From assembly GCA_030599585.1 (NCBI GenBank), contig JAUVNS010000017.1, positions 28,471 to 92,470 on the forward strand: 64,000 bases of DNA, given 5' to 3'. The translations under genes were made by a program, and so were the position numbers. This document shows positions 32,404-41,863 of the stretch, piece after piece. The notes under the pieces are model-generated. The model was not told the origin of the DNA and did not search any database. It saw only the letters and a program-made list of their open reading frames with translations. Origin of the DNA: Promethearchaeota archaeon (GTDB taxonomy: Archaea; Asgardarchaeota; Lokiarchaeia; Sigyniarchaeales; SOKP01). Every line of letters starts with the position of its first letter. Within the stretch, counting starts at the first letter, position 1.

Positions 32404-33138
32404 ATGGAACTACCTAAGTTAAATTTACATATTCATTCTAAATTCTCTGATGGAAGAAATTCAATATCTCAAATAGTTTCAACTGCCCTTGATATGGGTT
32501 TAGATTATATATGCATCACGGATCACTTTACGAATTCTTGGAAAGCTGATGTAATTCCTAATCTTAACAGTCTCGCTAAAATTGAAATGTATTTAGATGA
32601 AATAGATCAATTTCAAAAATATCTTCTTGATGAAGAAAGGCAAATGGCTCTGTTTAAAGGAATAGAAATAGACTTAAGTAGTACAGAAAAGTTCATTGTT
32701 AACAATATCCTACCTACTCGATTTGATATCTTATTATTTGAATATCTTGAAAGCATTGAAGGCATATTCTTTATTAAAAAAATCTTAAACCATTGGAAAG
32801 GAAACACTAAAAACTCCACGGATTTTCCGTTAATAGGTCTCGCACATTTTGATCCCTCCTTTTTCGCCATTAATGGTATGAACATTCTTATTGATTTTTT
32901 AACAGAGTATAAAATCTTCTTTGAATTTAATTCAAGTTATCCACAATTTTACTCTCAGAAATATCGCTCTTTTTTTGATCAATTGAAAGAAAGAAACGTA
33001 TTAGTTTCAATTGGTTGTGATTCTCATCATATATCAACTCTAAAAGACATAGAAGAAGCTTACGATAGGATAAAATTTTACGAGTTGGAAAGCAACCTCA
33101 TTGACTTAGTTCAAATTCTAGATAAAAAGAGGATTTGA
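32404..33138 (+). CDS. PHP-domain phosphoesterase
   Basis: NLHIHSKFSDG, ITDH, GIE, AH and GCDSH. Confidence 0.9.
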   Translation: MELPKLNLHIHSKFSDGRNSISQIVSTALDMGLDYICITDHFTNSWKADVIPNLNSLAKIEMYLDEIDQFQKYLLDEERQMALFKGIEIDLSSTEKFIVNNILPTRFDILLFEYLESIEGIFFIKKILNHWKGNTKNSTDFPLIGLAHFDPSFFAINGMNILIDFLTEYKIFFEFNSSYPQFYSQKYRSFFDQLKERNVLVSIGCDSHHISTLKDIEEAYDRIKFYELESNLIDLVQILDKKRI

Positions 33139-33157
33139 AAAATTTTAAAGTAAGGTA

Positions 33158-33550
33158 TTATTTCTGCGTTCTATGAAGGTGTTCGAGATAATACTTAAAT
33201 GCCCTTTCAAAGGCAATATCGAGAAGTAATTCACTTTCCTCTTTTGGATATGATAGCATTTCTTTTAAATGAACTTTACCTATATTGAATATCTCTTTAA
33301 ATGTAGTTAACTTTTCTGTTATTTCCATATTGGCAATTTCTGATATTGGTTTATCTTTCATTTTCTGCCAATCAGTTATAGCATACCAGGTTATACAGCG
33401 CATTGCTAATTCGGGAATTTCTATTTGTTCGCAAACGAGGTTCGAGATTATTTTAATTAACTTTTGTTGTTCAGGTTTAAAATTAACTTTTGCATAATCA
33501 ATTTGTCTAGATGAAATTTCTTCTTTATTAAAATTTAACGCGTATGTCAT
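33158..33550 (-). CDS. Hypothetical protein
   Basis: 130-aa ATG ORF filling the gap; no recognised motif. Confidence 0.6.
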   Translation of the reverse strand: MTYALNFNKEEISSRQIDYAKVNFKPEQQKLIKIISNLVCEQIEIPELAMRCITWYAITDWQKMKDKPISEIANMEITEKLTTFKEIFNIGKVHLKEMLSYPKEESELLLDIAFERAFKYYLEHLHRTQK

Positions 33551-33747
33551 AATATATCCAACCTAATTTATCCTAATAATATTTCAACTTAAAAGAATAT
33601 AAAGATCTACAAAAATCCTATACCTAAAAAGAAATTAGAATTTACACTTATAAAGTAACTGGTAATTTTAGAAGTTCGTGTCAATATTTTAACTGACCGA
33701 GTAAACACGATAATAATATCAAATGAAATATATTTTTATTTTCAAAA

Positions 33748-34518
33748 ATGCTTCCTCTTAATATGGAATTGGATGAAAAAATTGACTTAGCCGCAAAGTG
33801 GATTTATGATTCTAACAATCTTGTCATATTCACTGGGGCAGGAATTTCTACTGAAAGTGGACTACCCGATTTTAGAGGTCCAGATGGAGTATGGACTCGT
33901 CGTGATAAGGGTTTACCACCCCCTAAATCTCCACCATGGGATCAAGTCAAGCCTAATCAAGGTCATCATGCAATAGTTGATTTATTGAAGATGAAAAAAT
34001 TAAATTATGTTATTTCTCAAAATGTTGATGGACTTCACGCAAAATCTGGTATTCCCTTCGATAAACTAGCAGAATTGCATGGAAATATGTACTTCATGAA
34101 ATGTTTGAATTGCGGAAAAAAGTTAACTTTTGAGGAAGCAGGTTGGGATAAGAAAAAATGGGGACAGGGGTATAGAACTGGTATAACTCGTAAAAATCAA
34201 CCAAAATGTCCTGATTGTGGAGGAAAAATCATCTCAAGTATTGTTAATTTTGGCGATCCATTACCAATAGACGAACTTGAAGAATCTATGAGGGCATCTC
34301 AAAGTGCCGATGTATTCTTTGTAGTCGGGTCTTCTTTAGTTGTGAGCCCCGCTGCAGATATGCCTGGAATTGCTTTGAGAAATGGTGCCAAATTAATAAT
34401 TCTTAACAAGGGCGAAACTCCATATGATAGTGAAGCTGATTTAAGGTTCTTTGATCAAATTGGAGATGTTCTTCCCAAAATTGTTATAAAAGTAAAAGAA
34501 ATGATGAATGTCGATTAA
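33748..34518 (+). CDS. cobB: Sir2-family NAD-dependent protein deacylase
   Basis: TGAGISTESGLPDFRG, SQNVDGLH, ELHG, two CxxC pairs and GSSLVV. Confidence 0.93.
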   Translation: MLPLNMELDEKIDLAAKWIYDSNNLVIFTGAGISTESGLPDFRGPDGVWTRRDKGLPPPKSPPWDQVKPNQGHHAIVDLLKMKKLNYVISQNVDGLHAKSGIPFDKLAELHGNMYFMKCLNCGKKLTFEEAGWDKKKWGQGYRTGITRKNQPKCPDCGGKIISSIVNFGDPLPIDELEESMRASQSADVFFVVGSSLVVSPAADMPGIALRNGAKLIILNKGETPYDSEADLRFFDQIGDVLPKIVIKVKEMMNVD

Positions 34519-34541
34519 ACTGTTAGTATCAATAAAAGTGG

Positions 34542-36461
34542 GTGAAGAAGATGTCAACAGAAGGGAATGACAGTAGATTTCCTAATTTAGATAAATATAA
34601 GCAGAAGCATGTTGACGTAGAGCAAGCAATTAAACGATACATCAAACCTGGAGATCGGATTTTTATCGATTCTGGATGTTCTGAACCCATAGACCTTACG
34701 TCAAAACTCATTGAACTCGGTCCTCAGCTTTCTGATGTAGAGATGATTCATTTTATCAGCCTGTCCGATCTCGATTATTATAAAACTGCGGGAGGTAATG
34801 AAGATTTATTTCGACACAATGTTTTTTTTATTAGTGAAAATCTTCGAGACGCTGTAAAAAGAGGATTTGCAGATTACACTCCAATGTTACTTTCAGACAT
34901 TCCAGGATTCTTTGAAAGGGGACAAATGCATGTAAAAACTGCCCTTATTCAAGTTAGCCCTCCTGACCAATTCGGATTTTGTAGTTATGGTATTAATGTA
35001 GATATTGCAAAACCTATAGCAGAGGTAGCTGAATTTGTAGTAGCAGAAATTAATCCTAAGATGCCACGTACACTTGGTGATTCCTTCATTCATATGAACG
35101 ACATAAACGCCTACATTTTATCCGATCACGATATTATTGAGTTTAAATATGATCCCCCCGATGAGTCCATCAAAAAAATTGCACAATATGTCGCATCTCT
35201 TATTGAAGATGAATCTACGATTCAAATGGGAATTGGAAAAATTCCAAACGCGTTAGCGATCGAATTAGAAGATAAGAAAGATTTAGGAGTGCATAGTGAG
35301 GTTTTTTCAGATGGAATTGTTGATCTCGTTGAAAAAGGGGTAATCACGTGTAAAAAAAAGACACTTCATAAAGGAAAAATAATTTGTTCTTTTGTCATGG
35401 GTTCCCGACGGCTCTACGATTTTGTAGATAACAATCCCTTTGTAGAATTTCATCCCGTTAATTATTGCAACGATCCTTTCATTATTAGCCGAAATAAAAA
35501 ACAAGTGGCCGTAAACGCGGCCCTAACAATAGATTTAACTGGACAGATTAATGCAGATTCGCTTGGATATTTATTTTATAGTGGTATAGGTGGTCAAGTA
35601 GATTTTGTCAGAGGTGCTAATCGCTCTGAAGATGGAAAACCTATAGCCGTCCTCCCTAGCACTGCGACTTTAAAAGATGGAACCATAGTGTCTCGAATTG
35701 TTCCAAATCTTAAACCTGGTTCTGGCGTTGTTATTACTCGCGGAGATATTCATTATGTTGTTACTGAATGGGGGATTGCTTATTTATTTGGTAAGAGCAT
35801 TAGGGAACGAGTTTTACAAATGATAAACATCGCCCACCCGGACTTTAGAGAAGAACTTTTAGAACAAGCCAAAAAAGTAAAATATATCTACGCAGATCAA
35901 AAACTACCTCTTTCCGTGAGTGGTCGGTTGAGCTTATATCCGGATAAATATGAAACGGCTTTTCGAATGAAAGATGGAAAAATTATCAAAATTCGTCCAA
36001 TAAAACCAACAGATGAGAGAATGCTTCAAGGACTTTATTACTCTTTAAGTGATCAAGATAAATATCTGAGATTTTTCTCACGGGATCGAAAATTCCCTCA
36101 CAAATTTGTACAACCTTTAACAACTATAGATTATCAAACTGATATGATATTAGTAGGAGAATCTCTTCAAGAAGGCGAACAGAAAATAGTTGCTTCAGCA
36201 GCCTTTTTTAAAACTAACAAACCCTCAACAGTGGAATTAGCTATAGTTGTGAAGAAAGATTTTCGCAGAACTGGAATTGCTACATTTTTATTAAATTATT
36301 TGGTAATAATTGCGAGAGAATTAAATTACAAATTTTTTACGGGCTCAATTCTGCTTGAAAACAAAGCAATGCTTCATTTTCTTAACAACAGCGGATACAC
36401 TATGAAATCTAAAAGTGTGGAATATGGAGAAGTTCTATTTACGCTTGATATCTCAAAATGA
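34542..36461 (+). CDS. Acetyl-CoA hydrolase/CoA-transferase fused to a C-terminal GNAT acetyltransferase
   Basis: IQMGIG, GVHSE, SGIGGQVDF and VVTEWG. C-terminal IRPIKPTD...ELAIVV..FRRTGIA..N.AM. Confidence 0.9.
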   Translation: MKKMSTEGNDSRFPNLDKYKQKHVDVEQAIKRYIKPGDRIFIDSGCSEPIDLTSKLIELGPQLSDVEMIHFISLSDLDYYKTAGGNEDLFRHNVFFISENLRDAVKRGFADYTPMLLSDIPGFFERGQMHVKTALIQVSPPDQFGFCSYGINVDIAKPIAEVAEFVVAEINPKMPRTLGDSFIHMNDINAYILSDHDIIEFKYDPPDESIKKIAQYVASLIEDESTIQMGIGKIPNALAIELEDKKDLGVHSEVFSDGIVDLVEKGVITCKKKTLHKGKIICSFVMGSRRLYDFVDNNPFVEFHPVNYCNDPFIISRNKKQVAVNAALTIDLTGQINADSLGYLFYSGIGGQVDFVRGANRSEDGKPIAVLPSTATLKDGTIVSRIVPNLKPGSGVVITRGDIHYVVTEWGIAYLFGKSIRERVLQMINIAHPDFREELLEQAKKVKYIYADQKLPLSVSGRLSLYPDKYETAFRMKDGKIIKIRPIKPTDERMLQGLYYSLSDQDKYLRFFSRDRKFPHKFVQPLTTIDYQTDMILVGESLQEGEQKIVASAAFFKTNKPSTVELAIVVKKDFRRTGIATFLLNYLVIIARELNYKFFTGSILLENKAMLHFLNNSGYTMKSKSVEYGEVLFTLDISK

Positions 36462-36612
36462 TTAAAGTTTTAGATTTAATCGGTGAAGTATCTAATTTGA
36501 TGTAATTAAAAAAAACACTTAAATACAGAGAAGACATAATTAAGTATTAGAAAAAAATCAGTCAAGAATCAAATTTATATATAAAATAAATAAAAATAAG
36601 AGAAAACATAAA

Positions 36613-36996
36613 ATGAAAGATATAGCTGTTATTTTGGAAAATCGTCCAGGAGCCCTAGCTGATTTGGGGGAGCTATTAGGGAAAAATGGTATAAATATGG
36701 AAGGATTATGTGGAATTCCTCTTAAAGATAAGGCAGTTATACATATATTAGTTGAAGATGAAACTGTTGCGAGATTTGTACTTGAACAAGCTGGATTTGA
36801 GATTAGTGGCGTTCGTGAAGTTCTCGTGCATGACTTCAGTAATATAGCAGGAAAGCCTGGGACAGGAGGGCAAATGGCCCGCAAGATAGGGAATCTTGGT
36901 GTGAATATTGATTTAATCTACTTTGCTGAGAATAATAAATTAGTTTTCGGAGTTGACAACATCGAAAGAGCTAGAGTAGCACTAGCAAAAAAATAA
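36613..36996 (+). CDS. Tandem ACT-domain protein
   Basis: LENRPGALA..L...GINM and KPG......IG..GVNI. Confidence 0.88.
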   Translation: MKDIAVILENRPGALADLGELLGKNGINMEGLCGIPLKDKAVIHILVEDETVARFVLEQAGFEISGVREVLVHDFSNIAGKPGTGGQMARKIGNLGVNIDLIYFAENNKLVFGVDNIERARVALAKK

Positions 36997-37056
36997 TCAA
37001 ATTAGCCGAGGTTATGGCTAAACTTTTTCTTTAAAAATAACAAAACAATACAAACT

Positions 37057-38718
37057 CTATTTTATAATTCCATAAATATGCTTATCTCTATCGTATTCCT
37101 TAAGAACCTTTCTGCCTTCTTTATTTGAAAGGGAAAGCGCTATAACGCTTGATCGACTCAATGACCCAGTAAAGATTTCGTACTCATCTGCATAAACAAT
37201 GATGTTGCTACTGGCGTATACTGGATCTGCTTTTATTAGAATCTTTTGCTTACTAACTGTAATGTCTAACTCAATTTTTTTATTTCTTTTTCTTCTACTC
37301 GAAAACTCTTTTTTGAATTGCTCGTCACGTTTAAAAGAGCCCTTAGGTTCTATGGGGTTAATTGGATTGATGACGATATCTTGACCAAAAGAATATATCT
37401 CATAGGAAAGACGATTTGTTCTAAAATCTCTAACTTCAACTACAGGTCGTGCTAAATCTTTGTCCCTAAATCCATGGGGTACTTTGACTGTCATTTTTAT
37501 AATTAAAACAGCAGAAATATCCCCTCCTTCAATAAATATGATTGTATCAATAATTGATGGAAGCATACCAAGCTCTATACGACCAATAAAGCGCTGTATT
37601 GCGTCGATAGCTGATGAAGAATGAACAACTCCGACCATTCCGACTCCAGATAAACGAAAATCAGCGTAGATCTGAAAATCTTTTGTAGTGCGTACTTCGT
37701 CAAAAATTGTGAAATCTGGTCTAACTAAGAGTAAAATATCCGCAGAATTTTCAAGGCTTCCTTCCAATTTTGTATACTGCGTAATTTCGGGTTTAACTTG
37801 TAAATCTCGAACGCTTTCTAGCGTTTTCACAACTTTTCCTCGTTCTAAATAATAATTTGCTAGAGCTGCTGAGAAAGTGCTTTTGCCTGCACCAGGAGCA
37901 CCAGCTACTAAAATACCTTCTGCTTTTTGTAATCTTTCATTTAATTTTGAATCAATTGAATAGTCTTTCAATGAAAGTGTAACAAGTGGATGCACAGCAG
38001 TTATTTCAATGTCTTTTGAAAAAGGAGGTCTGGTCATGACTATCCTAAATTCTCTCAATTGGGCGACTTTAACGCCATGTTTCTCAATTTCTATAAATGA
38101 GTGATCGTCTTCCCTAACCATCTCTATTATTTCAATTGCTAACTCTTCTATAAGTTTAGTAGATAATGGATCTTCGCCAATTTTTTCTAAATGCCAATTT
38201 CCAGGGCTCCCTTTTTTGGCATAAGGAGGTAATCCTTGCTTTAGATGTACGCTCATTGTGGTTTCATCGAAAAATTCTAACAACTTAAGAGAAGAAGGGT
38301 CAGATTCTTTTGGAAAGAATTTTTCCTTTACATACATTATTTGAATCCCTTCGAAAATTCCTACGTCTCCCTGTATTCTATCTGCTGTAATTAAAGTAGC
38401 GCCGTATTCTAAAGCAGATTGTCTAATAAGCGCATCAAGTTCCCCTCCGGGACTCATTTTAATTTCTTCTCTTGTTGGCCTTTTTCCCACAATATTAAGG
38501 ATAATTTCCTCTTCTTGGTGTAATTTTCGTAATTCCTTTAATACATTTAAACCATAGAATCCTATTTCTTTTTGAACATTTGTACGATACTCAACCTCTG
38601 CAACAACCACATTGGGGATATAAATTTCGGGTTTTTCCCCCAATTCTCCATCTGTGATTAAATTTAAGATGAGGCCGTTAAAAATAACAGAAGTATCGCA
38701 AGCATATTTATCTGACAT
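37057..38718 (-). CDS. PINA-like PIN-domain/PilT-family ATPase
   Basis: PIN DTSV...E...DA...ITAD; Walker A GAPGAGKS; RPD...DEVR; GVVH. Confidence 0.9.
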   Translation of the reverse strand: MSDKYACDTSVIFNGLILNLITDGELGEKPEIYIPNVVVAEVEYRTNVQKEIGFYGLNVLKELRKLHQEEEIILNIVGKRPTREEIKMSPGGELDALIRQSALEYGATLITADRIQGDVGIFEGIQIMYVKEKFFPKESDPSSLKLLEFFDETTMSVHLKQGLPPYAKKGSPGNWHLEKIGEDPLSTKLIEELAIEIIEMVREDDHSFIEIEKHGVKVAQLREFRIVMTRPPFSKDIEITAVHPLVTLSLKDYSIDSKLNERLQKAEGILVAGAPGAGKSTFSAALANYYLERGKVVKTLESVRDLQVKPEITQYTKLEGSLENSADILLLVRPDFTIFDEVRTTKDFQIYADFRLSGVGMVGVVHSSSAIDAIQRFIGRIELGMLPSIIDTIIFIEGGDISAVLIIKMTVKVPHGFRDKDLARPVVEVRDFRTNRLSYEIYSFGQDIVINPINPIEPKGSFKRDEQFKKEFSSRRKRNKKIELDITVSKQKILIKADPVYASSNIIVYADEYEIFTGSLSRSSVIALSLSNKEGRKVLKEYDRDKHIYGIIK

Positions 38719-38719
38719 T

Positions 38720-39325
38720 TCAATCTTCGTTTTTCTCTATTTTATTCATGATTTCAAATTTTTTCACGCTGTAATAGATAGGTTTTGATAATCGGTCAAC
38801 CGTTGCCACAATTAAATCCTTACGAGAGCTCATAGCTACGCGAGACATTTTATCTAATTCTCTTAAATCTATAGGAGTACCCTCAAAAACCGGATATATC
38901 AAGAATTTAGCGGAATCTTTCTCAAAATCAGCCCCGCGCTTGTACACCAGAAAATCTATGCCTTCTCCGTATCCCGTTCTTACGATATACCCTCTTTTTC
39001 GCAAATCCATGTAAATAATGTACTTTCGCCATAAATTATCATCAAATTGGCTGAAATATATTAGTAAAGCCTCAAAATCGTATAGTTCACTATTCCTATC
39101 ATTATCTTTATACAATAAAATTCGATTTCTTTCACATAATAATAGAACTTCTAAAGGTCCAAAAACTAATATTTCTCCTCCTTCACTATTGTTTTCGAGC
39201 GTGCCAATATATGCCTTCCTATAAAACTCTTCGATGCAATCCTCATCAGTAATTATAACTTTTTCGTGGTCAATTACTCCCTCGAACTGTACTTTTTCGA
39301 CCTTTTCATTTGGTGTTTCATTCAT
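38720..39325 (-). CDS. endA: tRNA-splicing endonuclease subunit (possibly structural; catalytic His apparently absent)
   Basis: YMDLRKRGYIVRTG...DFLVY...RVAMSSRKDL. Confidence 0.8.
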   Translation of the reverse strand: MNETPNEKVEKVQFEGVIDHEKVIITDEDCIEEFYRKAYIGTLENNSEGGEILVFGPLEVLLLCERNRILLYKDNDRNSELYDFEALLIYFSQFDDNLWRKYIIYMDLRKRGYIVRTGYGEGIDFLVYKRGADFEKDSAKFLIYPVFEGTPIDLRELDKMSRVAMSSRKDLIVATVDRLSKPIYYSVKKFEIMNKIEKNED

Positions 39326-39384
39326 ATTCTAATATAACCTAGCAGTAATAATTAATGAATTTAACGCTTTAAATGAACTAGACT

Positions 39385-40266
39385 CTAATTATTGGTGTTT
39401 ATTATAAAATCTACTAATTTTCCAAGCTTCCTAACTTTAGAATAGATTTTGGGTGCATTTTCTTCTAAGTATGGTTTAAAAACTTCCCAATTTTCTCGTT
39501 TTACTGGAGGTGTTTTAGACAATAGATTTCTTATTTCGCCAAAATCGCTAGTAAAAATTAGTGCCTTATCAGTTCTATTTGCCTTATCGCTCAGAAGAAA
39601 TAAATAATAATCGTTAAGTTCTTGTGCGCTCATAACGTTTGGAGGTTTGTTTCCATCTTCTGCCTTACGACCTCTCAGCATGCGCGTATCTACTTGAGTA
39701 GGTAGTACCATGTTGAAGTTAATGTTTTCTTTTTTATACTCTAATGCTAAAGCATTTTGTAATCCTACTACGGCATATTTACTTGCAGTGTAGGCAGCAA
39801 GCTTTGGCATCGGAGTAGTAAACGCTCCGCTTCCGGTGATAATGAATCTTGATTTGTTATTCTTATCATTTTTCTTAAGATAAGGATAAGCCGCTTTAAA
39901 AGCATAAAATACTCCAGATACATTGACATTCAATATCTCAGTAAATTTATTGCTATCAAATTCATGGCTATTCCACATCCTTGAATATCCTGCGTTAGCA
40001 ATCACTCCATTAAATTCTCCTAATTCTTCATGAAATGCCTTAAATGCGCCCTCAATTTCTTCATATTTAGTTACATCAGCAGTTTTAACTGATACCCTTA
40101 CTTCAGTCCCTAATTCAAGAATCTCATCTTTAACTTCATTTAGTTCATCGAGAGTTCTTGCCGTAAGACCAACATTAGCACCCTCTTTTGCACAAGCGAT
40201 TGCTACAGATTTTCCTATCCCTCTTCCCGAACCTGTGATTACTATGGTCTTCCCTTTTAATAACAT
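39385..40266 (-). CDS. SDR-family oxidoreductase
   Basis: TGSGRGIG, NAG and YTASK. Confidence 0.93.
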   Translation of the reverse strand: MLLKGKTIVITGSGRGIGKSVAIACAKEGANVGLTARTLDELNEVKDEILELGTEVRVSVKTADVTKYEEIEGAFKAFHEELGEFNGVIANAGYSRMWNSHEFDSNKFTEILNVNVSGVFYAFKAAYPYLKKNDKNNKSRFIITGSGAFTTPMPKLAAYTASKYAVVGLQNALALEYKKENINFNMVLPTQVDTRMLRGRKAEDGNKPPNVMSAQELNDYYLFLLSDKANRTDKALIFTSDFGEIRNLLSKTPPVKRENWEVFKPYLEENAPKIYSKVRKLGKLVDFIINTNN

Positions 40267-40296
40267 AATAAAAATATAGAAGAGTAAAAAAAGAAT

Positions 40297-40342
40297 TTAA
40301 CTAAAATTAGTTTTTAAATTAAGATTTAATCTTGTGTTTTTT
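40297..40342 (+). repeat. Direct repeat copy 1 (46 bp), duplicate of the MFS gene 3' end
   Basis: ttaactaaaattagtttttaaattaagatttaatctt(g/t)tgtttttt matches 41818-41863 at 45/46 positions. Confidence 0.9.
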
Positions 40343-40476
40343 ATTGTTGATAGGCTTAATCAATACAAAGTTTAGGATTTATCCAAATATATAATAAACA
40401 TTAGTTTTATTTTTTATAAATAGATGAAAGGTTTATAATTGATAATATTTTAGAATATATCTTCCGTAATAAATCC

Positions 40477-41799
40477 ATGTTTGAAAGTATACCCAAAGAA
40501 ATCATTGGAATTGCTTATGCGTCTGAATGGGATCATATAAAACAATTTGTAAAAGCTCTCTTAGAGATGACCCTTGATTCAGAAGAATATTATTCCTTAA
40601 TTGTTCTCAATGCTATTATTAATAATAAAAAGTATGAAGAATACGATGTTCAAATAAAATCTAGAGCTCAGTTTAATATTTTATCTTCCATCACTGATTT
40701 TGAAAAAATCTCTCTTTATCAATACTCTGAATATAAAAGAAATAATATTAATATCTCTAAAGATAAGAATGTAATCGTCTTTACTGCTCAATATATGGGT
40801 CCTGAGATTGATCATACTAATTACTTCGATTTTGCCATCTATTTAGATAGTTTTAATCTTCCATATTTTAGTGATAATAAAGGAAATGTCTTTGAATGTC
40901 ACGAAATAATGGAAATTATTCAGAGATTCAAACCAAAAGCACCCAAAAAAGTAAAAAAACCAGAACCTCCTAAAAAACTAAATACATTCAAATCAGAAGT
41001 TGAAATTTATAAGATAATAACTAAGAAAAATGCTATGTGGAGTGGGAGTGAAACGAAAACATTCCAAAAATGGAAAATGAGGGTTCGTAGAGAGTTTCGG
41101 GAGAAGACAGGTGGTTTTCCGTACTATAAGGGAAAAATTACTAAGAAATATAAATTCTACTTAAATAATCTCATTAAGAAGCCTGTTTCTAAAAAAGCTC
41201 CACCTACAAAGTCTAAAGTTAAAAGATCTACAGTTAGAAGACCTATTGTTAAAGACTCTGTAGGTAAAAAGAAGCCAACTATTAAAAACTTAGCACCATT
41301 AAATTTGGAAGCTAATATTTATAAAAAATTGACAGGGAAGAATACTATATATGGTGGAAAAATAACTAAGGCTTTTGAAAATTGGAAAATAGTAACTCAT
41401 AAAGAATTTCGGGAGAGGACAGGAAGTTTTCCATACTATAAGGGAAAAATTACTCAGAAATATGATGTATACTTAAATAATCTCATTAAGAAGCCTGTAT
41501 CTAAAAAAGCTCCACCTAAAAAACCTAAAATCAAAAAATCTACAGTTAGAAGACCTATTGCTAAAAATTCTGTAGGTAAAAAGAAGCCAACTATTAAAAA
41601 CTTAACACCATTAAATTTGGAAGCTAAAATTTATAAAAAATTGACAGGGAAGAATACTATATATGGTGGAAGACTAACTAAGGCTTTTGAAAATTGGAAA
41701 TTAGAAACTCATAAAATCTTTCAACAAAAAATAGGTGGGAAGCCTTATTATAAAGGAGCTCTTACGAAAAAGTATCAAATCTATTTAAGTTCTTTTTAA
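40477..41799 (+). CDS. Basic repeat protein with three ~55-aa modules separated by Lys/Pro-rich linkers
   Basis: Three copies of ExxIYKxxTxKNxxxxGxxTKxFxxWK...GxxPYYKGxxTxKYxxYL. Confidence 0.8.
   Translation: MFESIPKEIIGIAYASEWDHIKQFVKALLEMTLDSEEYYSLIVLNAIINNKKYEEYDVQIKSRAQFNILSSITDFEKISLYQYSEYKRNNINISKDKNVIVFTAQYMGPEIDHTNYFDFAIYLDSFNLPYFSDNKGNVFECHEIMEIIQRFKPKAPKKVKKPEPPKKLNTFKSEVEIYKIITKKNAMWSGSETKTFQKWKMRVRREFREKTGGFPYYKGKITKKYKFYLNNLIKKPVSKKAPPTKSKVKRSTVRRPIVKDSVGKKKPTIKNLAPLNLEANIYKKLTGKNTIYGGKITKAFENWKIVTHKEFRERTGSFPYYKGKITQKYDVYLNNLIKKPVSKKAPPKKPKIKKSTVRRPIAKNSVGKKKPTIKNLTPLNLEAKIYKKLTGKNTIYGGRLTKAFENWKLETHKIFQQKIGGKPYYKGALTKKYQIYLSSF
41095..41718 (+). repeat. Intragenic tandem duplication, 312-bp period
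   Basis: tttcgggaga..acagg occurs at 41095 and 41407, and the following sequence is near-identical (ttaaataatctcattaagaagcctg..., ggtaaaaagaagccaactattaaaaactta...). Confidence 0.9.
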
Positions 41800-41817
41800 A
41801 ATGAAATAAAAAAAAAA

Positions 41818-41863
41818 TTAACTAAAATTAGTTTTTAAATTAAGATTTAATCTTTTGTTTTTT
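41818..41863 (+). repeat. Direct repeat copy 2 (46 bp), overlapping the MFS stop codon
   Basis: Matches 40297-40342 and contains the last codons KKQKIKS* of 41840..43207(-). Confidence 0.9.

Noticed and set aside
33748-34518. Sir2 gene as an Argonaute or defence effector
   Set aside because: It is a canonical Zn-containing CobB-type deacylase in a metabolic operon, ~15 kb from the Ago locus.
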